Below, in pieces: positions 1 through 7,987 of a stretch of 37,110 nt of DNA; position 1 is the first letter of the stretch, and every line of letters begins with the position of its first letter. Source of the DNA: a virus (Duplodnaviria > Caudoviricetes); the IMG/VR virus record IMGVR_UViG_3300016484_000628, positions 1 through 37,110 of that record. One strand, given 5' to 3'. The notes under the pieces were generated by a model, which did no database searches, was not told the DNA's origin, and was given only the letters and a program-made list of their open reading frames with translations. The position numbers and the translations under genes are program-made.

Positions 1-25
1 AGCCCGCGCAGGGCGAGGGGGAGAA

Positions 26-193
26 GTGAGCGACGCCAAGCAGAAAACGGACGCAGAGATTCTTGCTGAAATTGAGCGTTCCGGCGCGCTTGATGACTTC
101 ATGAACTTCGTGGACAGCAACCCAGCGTTCACGCGGGATGGTTGGATCGAGGCAATCGAAGCCGAGCGCAAGCGGCAGCAGGGGGAAGCATGA
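26..193 (+). CDS. small hypothetical protein (55 aa, MSDAKQKTDAEILAEIERSG...)
   Basis: GTG after GAGGGGGAG; the GTGA overlaps an upstream stop; ends in an ATGA overlap with the next gene. Read by eye; not in the ORF track. Confidence 0.6.
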   Translation: MSDAKQKTDAEILAEIERSGALDDFMNFVDSNPAFTRDGWIEAIEAERKRQQGEA

Positions 194-546
194 GCTGGCA
201 GGCATACGCCGCCTACGCCGTTGGTTTGGTTGCATCCACCGCTGCCCGAAGGAGGCCAGGAATGACACGTACAGCGATTGTGCCGGTGCAGGCCACCATT
301 TTCATGCAGGACGTAGCCGCGACAACCTGCCTTTACATGTCTCCGCATGAGGCCGGAGAGGCTTGGGGCGCGATGGTATACGCCCGCCCCGCCGTGCCCG
401 ACGAGCTTATCGAGGAAGCGGCGAAGGCGATGCAGGCGGCTGATAGCCCGCATTCGTGGGACGAGATTCCAGAGTACGAGCGTGACGAGTATCGCAACAT
501 GGCCCGCGCAGCCGCGCGAGTGTTCAACGGAGGGAAGGATGAGTAA
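190..546 (+). CDS. hypothetical phage accessory protein
   Basis: ATG 190 in an ATGA overlap after GGGGGA; part of a tightly coupled gene chain. Confidence 0.65.
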   Translation: MSWQAYAAYAVGLVASTAARRRPGMTRTAIVPVQATIFMQDVAATTCLYMSPHEAGEAWGAMVYARPAVPDELIEEAAKAMQAADSPHSWDEIPEYERDEYRNMARAAARVFNGGKDE

Positions 547-745
547 CGCCGAAAGCAATGACGGAGAGGCGGGCTCAAATGTGCGGATTGCGATGGAGCG
601 CGAACTACTTAGGGCGTGCCTTGAATCCATTACTGCGGAAGCGGACGCATGTGTTTCGCTCCTTCGCCCAAACTATGACGGACATGCGAACTTCCTTTCT
701 AAAGCAGTGTCACGGTCAATCGAAATCCTAGAGGCGACAAGATGA
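539..745 (+). CDS. hypothetical protein (MSNAESNDG...)
   Basis: ATG 539 after GGAGGGAAGG; stop overlaps the next ATG. Confidence 0.6.
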   Translation: MSNAESNDGEAGSNVRIAMERELLRACLESITAEADACVSLLRPNYDGHANFLSKAVSRSIEILEATR

Positions 746-1023
746 AAAAGTTTGACAGCATTCCTTATGCAATTGAGGCAGCAGGAAACGCGCTTAAATA
801 TGCCGGAGCAAAAAGGCAGGGCATCGACATGCTTTTAGAAGCAAGACACAATGCCGTATTGCTCCTAAAGCAGCGCGACGAGTTGCTGGCTGCGGCCAAA
901 ATGTCGCTTCAGTGCATGGTGCTGACGGTTGACAGCGGAGGGATTGCGGAAGCCTCCATTGACGATTGCATTGCCGCACTTCGCGCCGCCATCGCCAAAG
1001 CAGAGGGAGGCCAGGATGAGTGA
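742..1023 (+). CDS. hypothetical protein ending in ...LRAAIAKAEG
   Basis: GAGG RBS, ATGA overlap; 'RDELLAA...AAIAKAEG' is a common phage small-gene motif. Confidence 0.7.
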   Translation: MKKFDSIPYAIEAAGNALKYAGAKRQGIDMLLEARHNAVLLLKQRDELLAAAKMSLQCMVLTVDSGGIAEASIDDCIAALRAAIAKAEGGQDE

Positions 1024-1312
1024 CCACAAGATGGTGCCGGTGGTGGCGACGGAGGAAATGGTGAAGGCCATTTTCGATATGCAGGTCGCTTGCGACCACT
1101 GTTTCGAGGATACCTACATTAGTGACGATGAATGCCGTGATTTGTACGCCGCCATGCTCGCCAAAGCCCCGCCGTTCGTGGTGACGGATGATTTTGTCAT
1201 CCGCATGTGCAACGCATACGACAAGGCGCGCGGCAACGCTGCATTGTCCGACCCGGCCGAATTTCCAGCCATGTACGCCGCGATTGAGGCCGTGCTAGGG
1301 GGTGGGGCGTGA
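1016..1312 (+). CDS. hypothetical protein (MSDHKMVPVVATEEMV...)
   Basis: GGGAGG RBS; 'VP..TEEM...Y.AML..AP' motif typical of phage accessory proteins. Confidence 0.7.
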   Translation: MSDHKMVPVVATEEMVKAIFDMQVACDHCFEDTYISDDECRDLYAAMLAKAPPFVVTDDFVIRMCNAYDKARGNAALSDPAEFPAMYAAIEAVLGGGA

Positions 1313-1500
1313 GAGTGCGAGTCATCGAGTCCTGCGACAGCTACGGCGCCCGATGCCTAAAGGTGCAAAAGCGCCGCCTGTGGTGGTGGCACACCGTCCG
1401 CGAGTTTCCGCCAGTGGGCGAGCTGGCAGCGATGCGAATGGCAGAGCAGATCATGAATCCGCGCGTGCTGTTCGATTCCGATCAGGAGGCCGGCAAGTGA
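1309..1500 (+). CDS. hypothetical protein
   Basis: GTGA overlaps at both ends; 'VQKRRLWWW' motif. Confidence 0.6.
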   Translation: MRVRVIESCDSYGARCLKVQKRRLWWWHTVREFPPVGELAAMRMAEQIMNPRVLFDSDQEAGK

Positions 1501-1625
1501 CCATCAAGCGCAGACACATCCGCACGGCAAGGGCGGCGTGGCGGAACATCCCGCGACACGGCAGGCAGACCGCAAGCAATGGCGCAATCCGCTGGCACCG
1601 CGCCGCGAATGGGAGGAAGGCATGA
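1497..1625 (+). CDS. small basic hypothetical protein (42 aa)
   Basis: AGGAGG RBS, GTG in a GTGA overlap, ATGA overlap with the next gene. Confidence 0.55.
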   Translation: MTIKRRHIRTARAAWRNIPRHGRQTASNGAIRWHRAANGRKA

Positions 1626-1756
1626 CAATCGAACACATCCTTGGCATCTTCGCCGCCGTCTACATCGGCTGGCACATCGGCGAGCCGATCGGGCACCTGA
1701 TGCTGCGCGTGCGCGCGTGGCGAATCGAGCGAGCCAGCAGAAGGAAGCAGATGTGA
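1622..1756 (+). CDS. small membrane protein (44 aa)
   Basis: GGGAGG RBS; hydrophobic ILGIFAAVYIGW followed by a basic tail. Confidence 0.6.
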   Translation: MTIEHILGIFAAVYIGWHIGEPIGHLMLRVRAWRIERASRRKQM

Positions 1757-1980
1757 CCGCCACCCGCTACCCGTTCGACGGCGAGATGCTGACCGTGGCC
1801 GAGATACACAAGCGCATTCCTGGCCTGTCGGTCGAGACGCTGCGCCGACGCGTGCGCATGGGCCAGTCGAGCACCGCGCAGGTGTTGACTTGGTACCCGC
1901 CCAAGCACAAGCCGACGCGCGCGCAAAACTTCGTCATCAACGAGCGCCGACGTGCGCATTACATGGGGATTCGAGCATGA
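1753..1980 (+). CDS. small putative DNA-binding protein
   Basis: GTG in a GTGA overlap; 'YPFDGEMLTVAEI...LSVETLRRRV' is an HTH-like pattern. Confidence 0.6.
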   Translation: MTATRYPFDGEMLTVAEIHKRIPGLSVETLRRRVRMGQSSTAQVLTWYPPKHKPTRAQNFVINERRRAHYMGIRA

Positions 1981-2279
1981 AGATGGACTGGGGAACGATG
2001 ATGACCGCGCTGCACCCGCCGCGCGCGCAGGAACCCGAGACTGGCGTGGTGGTCAACGTGGACAGCATGCTCGCGCAGGCGCAGGCATGCTCGAGGACGC
2101 ATCGCGTCCGTGACAAGTACGCTGACGCGCGCCGAGCTCTGGACGCGTTGCTGGCTGAGGTCGACCGCCTGTGCCAGGACGAGGACACCGCCGGGACCTA
2201 CTGCCTCGAGCTCGCGGCGGACCGCGTGCGCGGTCTGCGGCCGCTCCCGCCGGCCCCGGAAAAAGAAAGCCCGGCCTGA
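1977..2279 (+). CDS. hypothetical protein
   Basis: ATGA overlap; last gene of the accessory chain; its stop lies in a terminator loop. Confidence 0.6.
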   Translation: MKMDWGTMMTALHPPRAQEPETGVVVNVDSMLAQAQACSRTHRVRDKYADARRALDALLAEVDRLCQDEDTAGTYCLELAADRVRGLRPLPPAPEKESPA

Positions 2280-2287
2280 GCCGGGCT
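2260..2287 (-). terminator. intrinsic terminator (minus strand; possibly bidirectional)
   Basis: Stem AGCCCGGC/GCCGGGCT (2268-2275/2280-2287) with an A-tract on the left, giving a U-tract on the minus strand. Confidence 0.75.
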
Positions 2288-2355
2288 ATTCGATCAACGC
2301 AAGCGCGAAGGGGAGGCGCGCCGGCAGGCTGGGGAGGACCCGCGCTGACCGAACG
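2260..2355 (-). ncRNA. candidate antisense sRNA with two CCUCCCC loops
   Basis: 12-bp stem UUCGGUCAGCGC/GCGUUGAUCGAA (its two G-U pairs form only on the minus strand) enclosing two C-rich loops; followed by the terminator; upstream TTGCGG-N16-CATACT. Confidence 0.6.
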
Positions 2356-2372
2356 CCCCTAGTATGCACGCC

Positions 2373-2389
2373 GTTGCGCCAACCGCAAC
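2373..2389. promoter_or_regulatory. operator palindrome O1 GTTGCG-ccaac-CGCAAC
   Basis: One of six GTTGCG-N5-CGCAAC copies; overlaps the -35 of the candidate sRNA promoter. Confidence 0.8.
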
Positions 2390-2402
2390 ACTAGATATGC
2401 GG

Positions 2403-2419
2403 GTTGCGTTTCCCGCAAC
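2403..2419. promoter_or_regulatory. operator O2 GTTGCG-tttcc-CGCAAC over the putative primase promoter
   Basis: Palindrome; TTGCGT (2404)-N17-CATCAT (2427). Confidence 0.8.
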
Positions 2420-2457
2420 GCCGAGCCATCATCACCGTCCGCACCAAGGGGCTAACC

Positions 2458-5034
2458 GTGACACCGCAGGGGATTGACTTCGCATCCATCCGATCGGCCA
2501 ACCCGATCGACGCCGTGGTCGGGAGGTACGTCGACCTCCGCCGCCGCGGCGGTGAATACGTGGGCCTGTGCCCATTCCACGCTGACCGCAACCCGTCGTT
2601 CGCCGTCGTGCCGCGCAAGGAAAAGGCGTTCTGCAACGCCTGTGGCTGGCACGGCGACGTGATCGACTTCGTGGCCGAGATCGAGGAGGTGGACACCGCC
2701 GAAGCTGCGCGCCGGCTGACCGGTGGCCAGCTTCCCAACGACCGGCCGCCGCCGCGCCAGCTCCCGCCTGACGAGTCCGCCGAGTGGCAACCCGTCATGC
2801 CGGTCCCCGATGACGCGCCGCGGTACGACCCCGCGCGGACCTACAACCCGCGCCGGTGCCGCGTCGTGGACTGGTCGCGCATCAAGACCCGCCAGGACGA
2901 GTACCGCGACGCCGCCGGCCGCCTGCTGGGATACGTCATGCGCCTCGAGATCGACGGCGAGAAGCTGACGCCGGTGGTCACGTTCGCGCAGCATGCCGAC
3001 GGGCGCCGGTGCTGGGCGTCGGTGAAGTTCCCCGAGCCGCGGCCGCTGCAGGGGCTCGACGCGCTGGCTGCGCGACCTGACGCCGCCGTGCTGGTCGTGT
3101 CTGGCGAGAAGTGCCGGGACGCCGCGTCGCGCGCGCTCCCAGGGTTCGTGGCGGTCACTTGGCCGGGCGGCGACCAGGCCGTTGGCAAGGCCGACTGGGC
3201 GCCGCTGGCGGGCCGCAAGGTGACGCTGTGGCCGGACGCCGACGACTCGGGCCGGGACGCGATGGAGCGGCTGGCGCGGCGCCTGCATGGGCAGGCGAGC
3301 GTGATCCGCATGCTGGACACCACGGGCGAGCGCAAGGGCTGGGACATCGCGGACGCGATGGATACGGACGGCTGGGACACGTCTGTGCTCAAGGCGTGGG
3401 CATCCGAGCGGGTGCGCACCTGGGCGCCGCCCGAGCCCGGGCCTGACCCGGGCCACGCCCCGCGCGACGAGGAGCTGCCCGTGAGCGATGCGCCTGAGCC
3501 CGCGGCCGAGCCGCGCAGTGACCGCGACCTGTGGCCGGACCCGCTGAACCTGCTGGGCGCGTTCGAGCCGCCCGAGATCCGGGCCGACTGGCTCCCGCCG
3601 CAGCTGGTGGCCTACGTGTTCGACCAGGCGGACCTGCTGGGCGCGGACCCGTCGACGCTGGCGCTGTCCTGCATCGTCGCGTGCGCGGCCGCCATCCATG
3701 ACGGCATCGAGATCCAGCCGAAGCGCCACGACCCCACCTGGACCGAGCAGGCGCGACTGTGGGGCGCCATCGTCGGTGACCCGTCCATCCGCAAGACCCC
3801 GGCGATCAAGAAGGCCATCGGCCACCTGCGGAAGATCGACATGCAGCTGGCCGAGGAGTCCGGCGCGCGCCTGGCCGACTACGAGCGCGAGCTCAAGATC
3901 CACAAAAAGCGCGAGGCGGCGCACATCAACGGCGAGGCCAAGGGCGAGGTGATGGGCGACCTGGGCGAGCCGCCTGCGCCGCCGCTGCTCGAGCGGCTGA
4001 TGGCCGAGGACATCACGATCGAGGCCATGAGCAACGTGCTCAAGGACAACCCGCGCGGCGTGCTGGTGATCAACGACGAGCTGTCCGGCTGGTTCGGTTC
4101 GATGGACGCGTACAAGGGCGGTGGTGGTGGCAAGGACCGCGGCCTGTGGCTTGAGATCTACAACGGGGGGCCGAAGCGCGTGGACCGGGTGATGCGCGGC
4201 ACCATCTTCGTGCCCAACTGGTCGGCCAGCATCCTCGGGGGCATCCAGCCGGAGTCCATCCGGCGCATCTCGGGGCAGATGTACGACGACGGCCTGCTGC
4301 AGCGCTTCATGGTGGTGTGCGGCAAGCCCGTGCCGGCCGGCGCGCAGGACCGGTCACCGGACATGGACGCGATCAAGGCGTACCGCGCGCTGCTGGACGA
4401 GCTGTTCGCCACGGCGCCGAGCGATACCCCGGTCCGGCTGTCCGAGGGCGCGCACACCTGGCGCGAGCGCGTGTCGGCGTTTTCGCACGGCCTGGCGCAG
4501 GCGGACATGCTGACGACCTCGTTCCGTTCGCACCTGGGCAAGTGGGACGGCCTGTTCGCCCGGCTGCTGCTGGTGTTTCACTGCATCGAGGCGCGCACCT
4601 CGGGCAAGTACCCGTCGGCCATCCCGGTCAGCGAGGCCACGGCGCGGCGCGTGCACGACTTCATGCGGTACTTTCTGTTCCCGCACGCGGCGGCGTTCTA
4701 CATGGGCGTGATGGCGCGCTCCGAGCGCGACACCGCGGCCGAGTGGCTGGCCGACTGGATTCTGGCTGATCGCCGCGACACCGTGACGCTGCGCGACGTG
4801 ATGCAGGCGTACAAGCGCTGGCGCGCGCTCCCGGACTGGCAGCAGCGGAACGTCATGCGCGCGCTCGAGGACGCCGCCTGGCTGCTCCCTGCGGGCGAGA
4901 CGACCGACAGGCGGACAAACCGATGGGAGGTGAACCCGAAGGTGCACACCCTGTTCGGGGAGCAGGCGGCGATCGCGAAGGCGCGGAAGGCCGACGCCCG
5001 GGAGCGGGTGAGGGACGCGTTCAAGCTGGCGTGA
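2458..5034 (+). CDS. fused primase-helicase (CHC2 zinc finger + TOPRIM + DUF3987/YfjI-like P-loop domain)
   Basis: CPFH..CNAC zinc finger; TOPRIM 'VVSGEKC...WPDAD...GWDIAD'; Walker A GDPSIRKT, Walker B LVINDE; GTG 2458 after AAGGGG. Confidence 0.9.
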   Translation: MTPQGIDFASIRSANPIDAVVGRYVDLRRRGGEYVGLCPFHADRNPSFAVVPRKEKAFCNACGWHGDVIDFVAEIEEVDTAEAARRLTGGQLPNDRPPPRQLPPDESAEWQPVMPVPDDAPRYDPARTYNPRRCRVVDWSRIKTRQDEYRDAAGRLLGYVMRLEIDGEKLTPVVTFAQHADGRRCWASVKFPEPRPLQGLDALAARPDAAVLVVSGEKCRDAASRALPGFVAVTWPGGDQAVGKADWAPLAGRKVTLWPDADDSGRDAMERLARRLHGQASVIRMLDTTGERKGWDIADAMDTDGWDTSVLKAWASERVRTWAPPEPGPDPGHAPRDEELPVSDAPEPAAEPRSDRDLWPDPLNLLGAFEPPEIRADWLPPQLVAYVFDQADLLGADPSTLALSCIVACAAAIHDGIEIQPKRHDPTWTEQARLWGAIVGDPSIRKTPAIKKAIGHLRKIDMQLAEESGARLADYERELKIHKKREAAHINGEAKGEVMGDLGEPPAPPLLERLMAEDITIEAMSNVLKDNPRGVLVINDELSGWFGSMDAYKGGGGGKDRGLWLEIYNGGPKRVDRVMRGTIFVPNWSASILGGIQPESIRRISGQMYDDGLLQRFMVVCGKPVPAGAQDRSPDMDAIKAYRALLDELFATAPSDTPVRLSEGAHTWRERVSAFSHGLAQADMLTTSFRSHLGKWDGLFARLLLVFHCIEARTSGKYPSAIPVSEATARRVHDFMRYFLFPHAAAFYMGVMARSERDTAAEWLADWILADRRDTVTLRDVMQAYKRWRALPDWQQRNVMRALEDAAWLLPAGETTDRRTNRWEVNPKVHTLFGEQAAIAKARKADARERVRDAFKLA

Positions 5035-5227
5035 TGTTGACGATGTTGTCCGAAACTTGCTGAACGGCATTTCCGGACAACAATGGCAACAACTGTGGAT
5101 AACCGGGGTGAAATGTTGACTTTGTTGTATGTGTGTACGCAACGCATTTTTTCGAGTTTTCGTTAACTTTCTGTAATTTCCATCCATTTTCATTCCCCTT
5201 GTACGCGCACATACAACAAAGGCAACA
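5035..5227. other. probable replication origin (iterons, DnaA box, AT-rich tract)
   Basis: TGTTG-N4-TGTTG at 5035 and 5114; CAACA-N4-CAACA at 5078 and 5214; TGTGGATAA at 5094-5102; T-rich tract about 5146-5200; immediately after the primase-helicase. Confidence 0.7.
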
Positions 5228-5257
5228 ACGCGCTGGGTGCATCGGGGAGCGTCTAGC

Positions 5258-5274
5258 GTTGCGTTCCCCGCAAC
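5258..5274. promoter_or_regulatory. operator O3 GTTGCG-ttccc-CGCAAC over the putative terS promoter
   Basis: Palindrome; TTGCGT-N16-TAGGAT just upstream of the terS ATG. Confidence 0.8.
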
Positions 5275-5293
5275 GACGAGTAGGATTCGAGCC

Positions 5294-5755
5294 ATGACCG
5301 GACGACCCACAATCCGAACCGAGGCGATGGTGGACGAGATCATCCGTCGACTGGCCGAGGGTGAGTTCCTGGCCGCCATCTGCCGCGACGAGGGCATGCC
5401 GCACCCGTCGACGTTCCGCAGGTGGGCAGACGAGGACGATGAGCTTTCGCGGCGGTTCGCGCGCGCGCGTGAGGACGGCGAGGAGGCCATCCTGGCGGAG
5501 ACGCTGGCCATCGCGGACGACGCGAGCGGGGACTTCGTGCCGAGCAAGAAAGGCCCCGTATTCGATGCCGAGCACGTGCAGCGCTCCAAGCTGCGCATCG
5601 AGACGCGGATCAAGGCGCTGGCGAAGTTCAACCCGAAGCGCTGGGGCGACAAGGTGGAGCACACGGGACCGGGCGGCGGTCCGGTGCAGTTCGCGGTAGT
5701 CACGTCGGTGCCCGAGGCTGAGCCTGCGGCGCCGCAGGGAGACGACGATGCTTGA
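5294..5755 (+). CDS. terS: terminase small subunit (Sf6 gp1-like)
   Basis: 'GRPT...EII.RLAEGE.L.AIC.DEGMP...T..RW', 'RSKLRIETR...K..PK.WGDK.EHTGPGGGP'. Confidence 0.9.
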   Translation: MTGRPTIRTEAMVDEIIRRLAEGEFLAAICRDEGMPHPSTFRRWADEDDELSRRFARAREDGEEAILAETLAIADDASGDFVPSKKGPVFDAEHVQRSKLRIETRIKALAKFNPKRWGDKVEHTGPGGGPVQFAVVTSVPEAEPAAPQGDDDA

Positions 5756-5960
5756 GCATGCGAAGCGGTGGCAGTGGTGGGTGGCGCTGGTGGCGCGCGG
5801 GCTGGTGACGGTGGTGTGGGCCGTCTACGTCGCGGTGATGGTGGTGGCGTGCGCGTTCCTGGACGCTGCAGGCCGGGCGAACGACAAGATCGCCGCGTTC
5901 GTCCACAAGCGCTGGCCGGCCGGCGTGCGCGAGGCGCTGCGCCAGTGGGGGGAGGGATGA
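5748..5960 (+). CDS. small membrane protein
   Basis: Long hydrophobic stretch; overlaps the terS stop. Confidence 0.6.
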   Translation: MLEHAKRWQWWVALVARGLVTVVWAVYVAVMVVACAFLDAAGRANDKIAAFVHKRWPAGVREALRQWGEG

Positions 5961-6190
5961 TCAGCGTGATGGACGACTTGGTGCGCCACCGTGAGCAGAA
6001 AGCAGCTGCGCGGATCAAGGCCGAGCGCAAATTCCGCCAGGCGCAGTACGACGAGGCGGTGCGGACAGCGCAGGCGCGGTGCGACGCCGCGCAGGCAGAC
6101 CTGCTCAAGCCGCTGGTGCGCCGCATCGAGCAACTGCGCGTGCAACCTGCGATGCGCACCAACGGCGAGATGTGGTGGATCGAGGCATGA
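5957..6190 (+). CDS. hypothetical coiled-coil protein
   Basis: GGGGAGG RBS; ATGA overlaps at both ends. Confidence 0.6.
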   Translation: MISVMDDLVRHREQKAAARIKAERKFRQAQYDEAVRTAQARCDAAQADLLKPLVRRIEQLRVQPAMRTNGEMWWIEA

Positions 6191-6387
6191 AACCGATGCC
6201 CGCGCGCCTGTATTGTCCTGGGTGCGGGCGCGAGACGCCGCGCCGCGAGCTCGAGATGTACGGTGGAGCATGCGAAGCCTGCGAGCAGGCATGGTCAGAG
6301 CGCGTTGACGCGTGGCGCCACGGAAACCACGACGCGGAGCTCGACCTTCTGTTCGGGGCTGCGCAGGAAAAGCCGAGGGTGAATTGA
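6187..6387 (+). CDS. small zinc-finger protein
   Basis: CPGC...CEAC; ATGA overlap. Confidence 0.65.
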   Translation: MKPMPARLYCPGCGRETPRRELEMYGGACEACEQAWSERVDAWRHGNHDAELDLLFGAAQEKPRVN

Positions 6388-6623
6388 TGGCCGCGACGAT
6401 CCGCGTCCTCGAGTCTGCCGCGCTCCAAGACATACCGGCGATGCTGCGTCGCATGGCCGACGACATCGAGTCCGGCCAGTACGGAGGCGTGATCGAGGCG
6501 GCCGTGGTGCTGTCCGGCGACGAGCTCAATGTGTTCGGGCTCGGTCGCGCAGACGGCACGGTGACCCACTACCTGCTCGGCTGCGGCATGGCCAAGCTGC
6601 AGTATCCGAGGTTGCGCCGATGA
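6387..6623 (+). CDS. hypothetical protein (DIPAMLRRMADDIE.G.YG)
   Basis: GAGG RBS; TGATG coupling; overlaps the terL start. Confidence 0.7.
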   Translation: MAATIRVLESAALQDIPAMLRRMADDIESGQYGGVIEAAVVLSGDELNVFGLGRADGTVTHYLLGCGMAKLQYPRLRR

Positions 6624-7969
6624 CAGCCCGCACCGAGACGATCGACCTGGGCTTCCGGCCGCGGCCGTGGCAGTCCGAGGCGTTCCGGCGTCGGCGCAGG
6701 TTCAACGTGCGCGTGGTGCACCGCCGTGCCGGCAAGACCGTCATGGCGGTCATGCGCCTGATCGATGACGCGCTGCGCTGCACCAAGGTCAACCCGCGGT
6801 ACGGCTACATCGCGCCGCTGCTCAAGCAGGCCAAGGCGATCGCGTGGGAGTACCTGAAACAGTACGCCGCGAAGGTCCCGGGCACGAAGATCAACGAGTC
6901 CGAGCTGTACGTCGAGTTCCCGAACGGCGCGCGCGTGCGCATCTTCGGCGGCGACAACCCGGACAGCCTGCGCGGCCTGTACTTCGATGGCGTGGTCCTG
7001 GACGAGGTGGCGGACCTCAAGCCCGAGGTGTGGACCACGATCATCTTGCCCGCGCTGCTGGACCGCACCGGCTGGGCCGACTTCATCGGCACGCCCAAGG
7101 GCGTCAACCTGTTCTCGGAGATCTACTACCGCGCGGTGAAGGAGCAGCAGGCGAACCCGAACGGCGAGTGGTCCGCGATGCTGTACGGGTGGCGCGATAC
7201 CGACGCGCTCCCGGCGGAGGAGATCGAGCGCGCCAAGGCCACCATGCCGGAGGCGCTGTTCCGCCAGGAGCTCGAGTGCGACTTCACAGCGGCGGCCGTG
7301 AACGCGCTAATCCCGATCGACGTGGTGAACGAGGCGGCCGGGCGCCACCTGCGCCAGGACGTGTACGACTTCGCGCCGATCATCCTCGGCGTCGACGTGG
7401 CCCGGCAGGGCGACGATCGCTCGGTCATCTACCGCCGGCAGGGGCTCGCGTCGTGGGCGCCCCTGGTCATGCAGCTGGCGGACAGCATGGCCGTGGCCGA
7501 CGCCGTGGCGCAGCAGATCGCGCTGCACGGGCCGGACGCCGTGTTCGTGGACGGCACCGGTGGCTACGGCGCCGGCGTCATCGACCGGCTGCGGCAGATG
7601 GGCTACGACCCGATCGAGGTGCAGTTCGGCGGAAAGCCTGGTGACCCGCGGTTCGCCAACAAGCGCGCGGAGATGTACTGGGGCCTGGCCGACTGGCTGC
7701 GCGCCGGCGGCGCCATCCCGGACCGGCCGTCGCTCAAGACCGAGCTCACGGCGCCGACGTACTCGCACGACAACGCGCGCGGCGTGCTGCAGCTGGAATC
7801 CAAGGAGGACATCAAGTCCAGGCTTGGTTTCTCGCCGGACGAGGCCGACGCGCTGGCGCTGACGTTCGCCTTCCCGGTGGCCAAGCGCTCGCTGTTCGAC
7901 CGGCCGCCAGGCCAGCGTGGCGCGTCCGACTACGACTCCGAGGCGCGCTGGCTAGGTCAGGGCGTCTAG
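6620..7969 (+). CDS. terL: terminase large subunit
   Basis: Walker A HRRAGKT, Walker B VVLDE, coupling motif GTP, nuclease GVDVARQGDD and SPDEADAL. Confidence 0.95.
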   Translation: MTARTETIDLGFRPRPWQSEAFRRRRRFNVRVVHRRAGKTVMAVMRLIDDALRCTKVNPRYGYIAPLLKQAKAIAWEYLKQYAAKVPGTKINESELYVEFPNGARVRIFGGDNPDSLRGLYFDGVVLDEVADLKPEVWTTIILPALLDRTGWADFIGTPKGVNLFSEIYYRAVKEQQANPNGEWSAMLYGWRDTDALPAEEIERAKATMPEALFRQELECDFTAAAVNALIPIDVVNEAAGRHLRQDVYDFAPIILGVDVARQGDDRSVIYRRQGLASWAPLVMQLADSMAVADAVAQQIALHGPDAVFVDGTGGYGAGVIDRLRQMGYDPIEVQFGGKPGDPRFANKRAEMYWGLADWLRAGGAIPDRPSLKTELTAPTYSHDNARGVLQLESKEDIKSRLGFSPDEADALALTFAFPVAKRSLFDRPPGQRGASDYDSEARWLGQGV

Positions 7970-7970
7970 T

Positions 7971-7987
7971 GTTGCGGGCATCGCAAC
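7971..7987. promoter_or_regulatory. operator O4 GTTGCG-ggcat-CGCAAC at the head-operon promoter
   Basis: Palindrome immediately after the terL stop; TTGCGG-N17-GATTGT. Confidence 0.8.

Noticed and set aside
2289-2353. Plus-strand CsrA/RsmA-sponge RNA (GGA in loops)
   Set aside because: The outer stem has A-C mismatches on + and the terminator U-tract is on the minus strand; not fully excluded.
2373-2419. Tandem palindromes as a mini-CRISPR array
   Set aside because: Only 17 bp with variable centres, a 13-bp gap and dispersed copies; this fits operators.
2404-2457. ORF-track upstream starts (2404, 5237, 8017, 20970, 34461, 34717)
   Set aside because: They run through operator/promoter DNA or upstream genes; downstream starts have better RBS or coupling.
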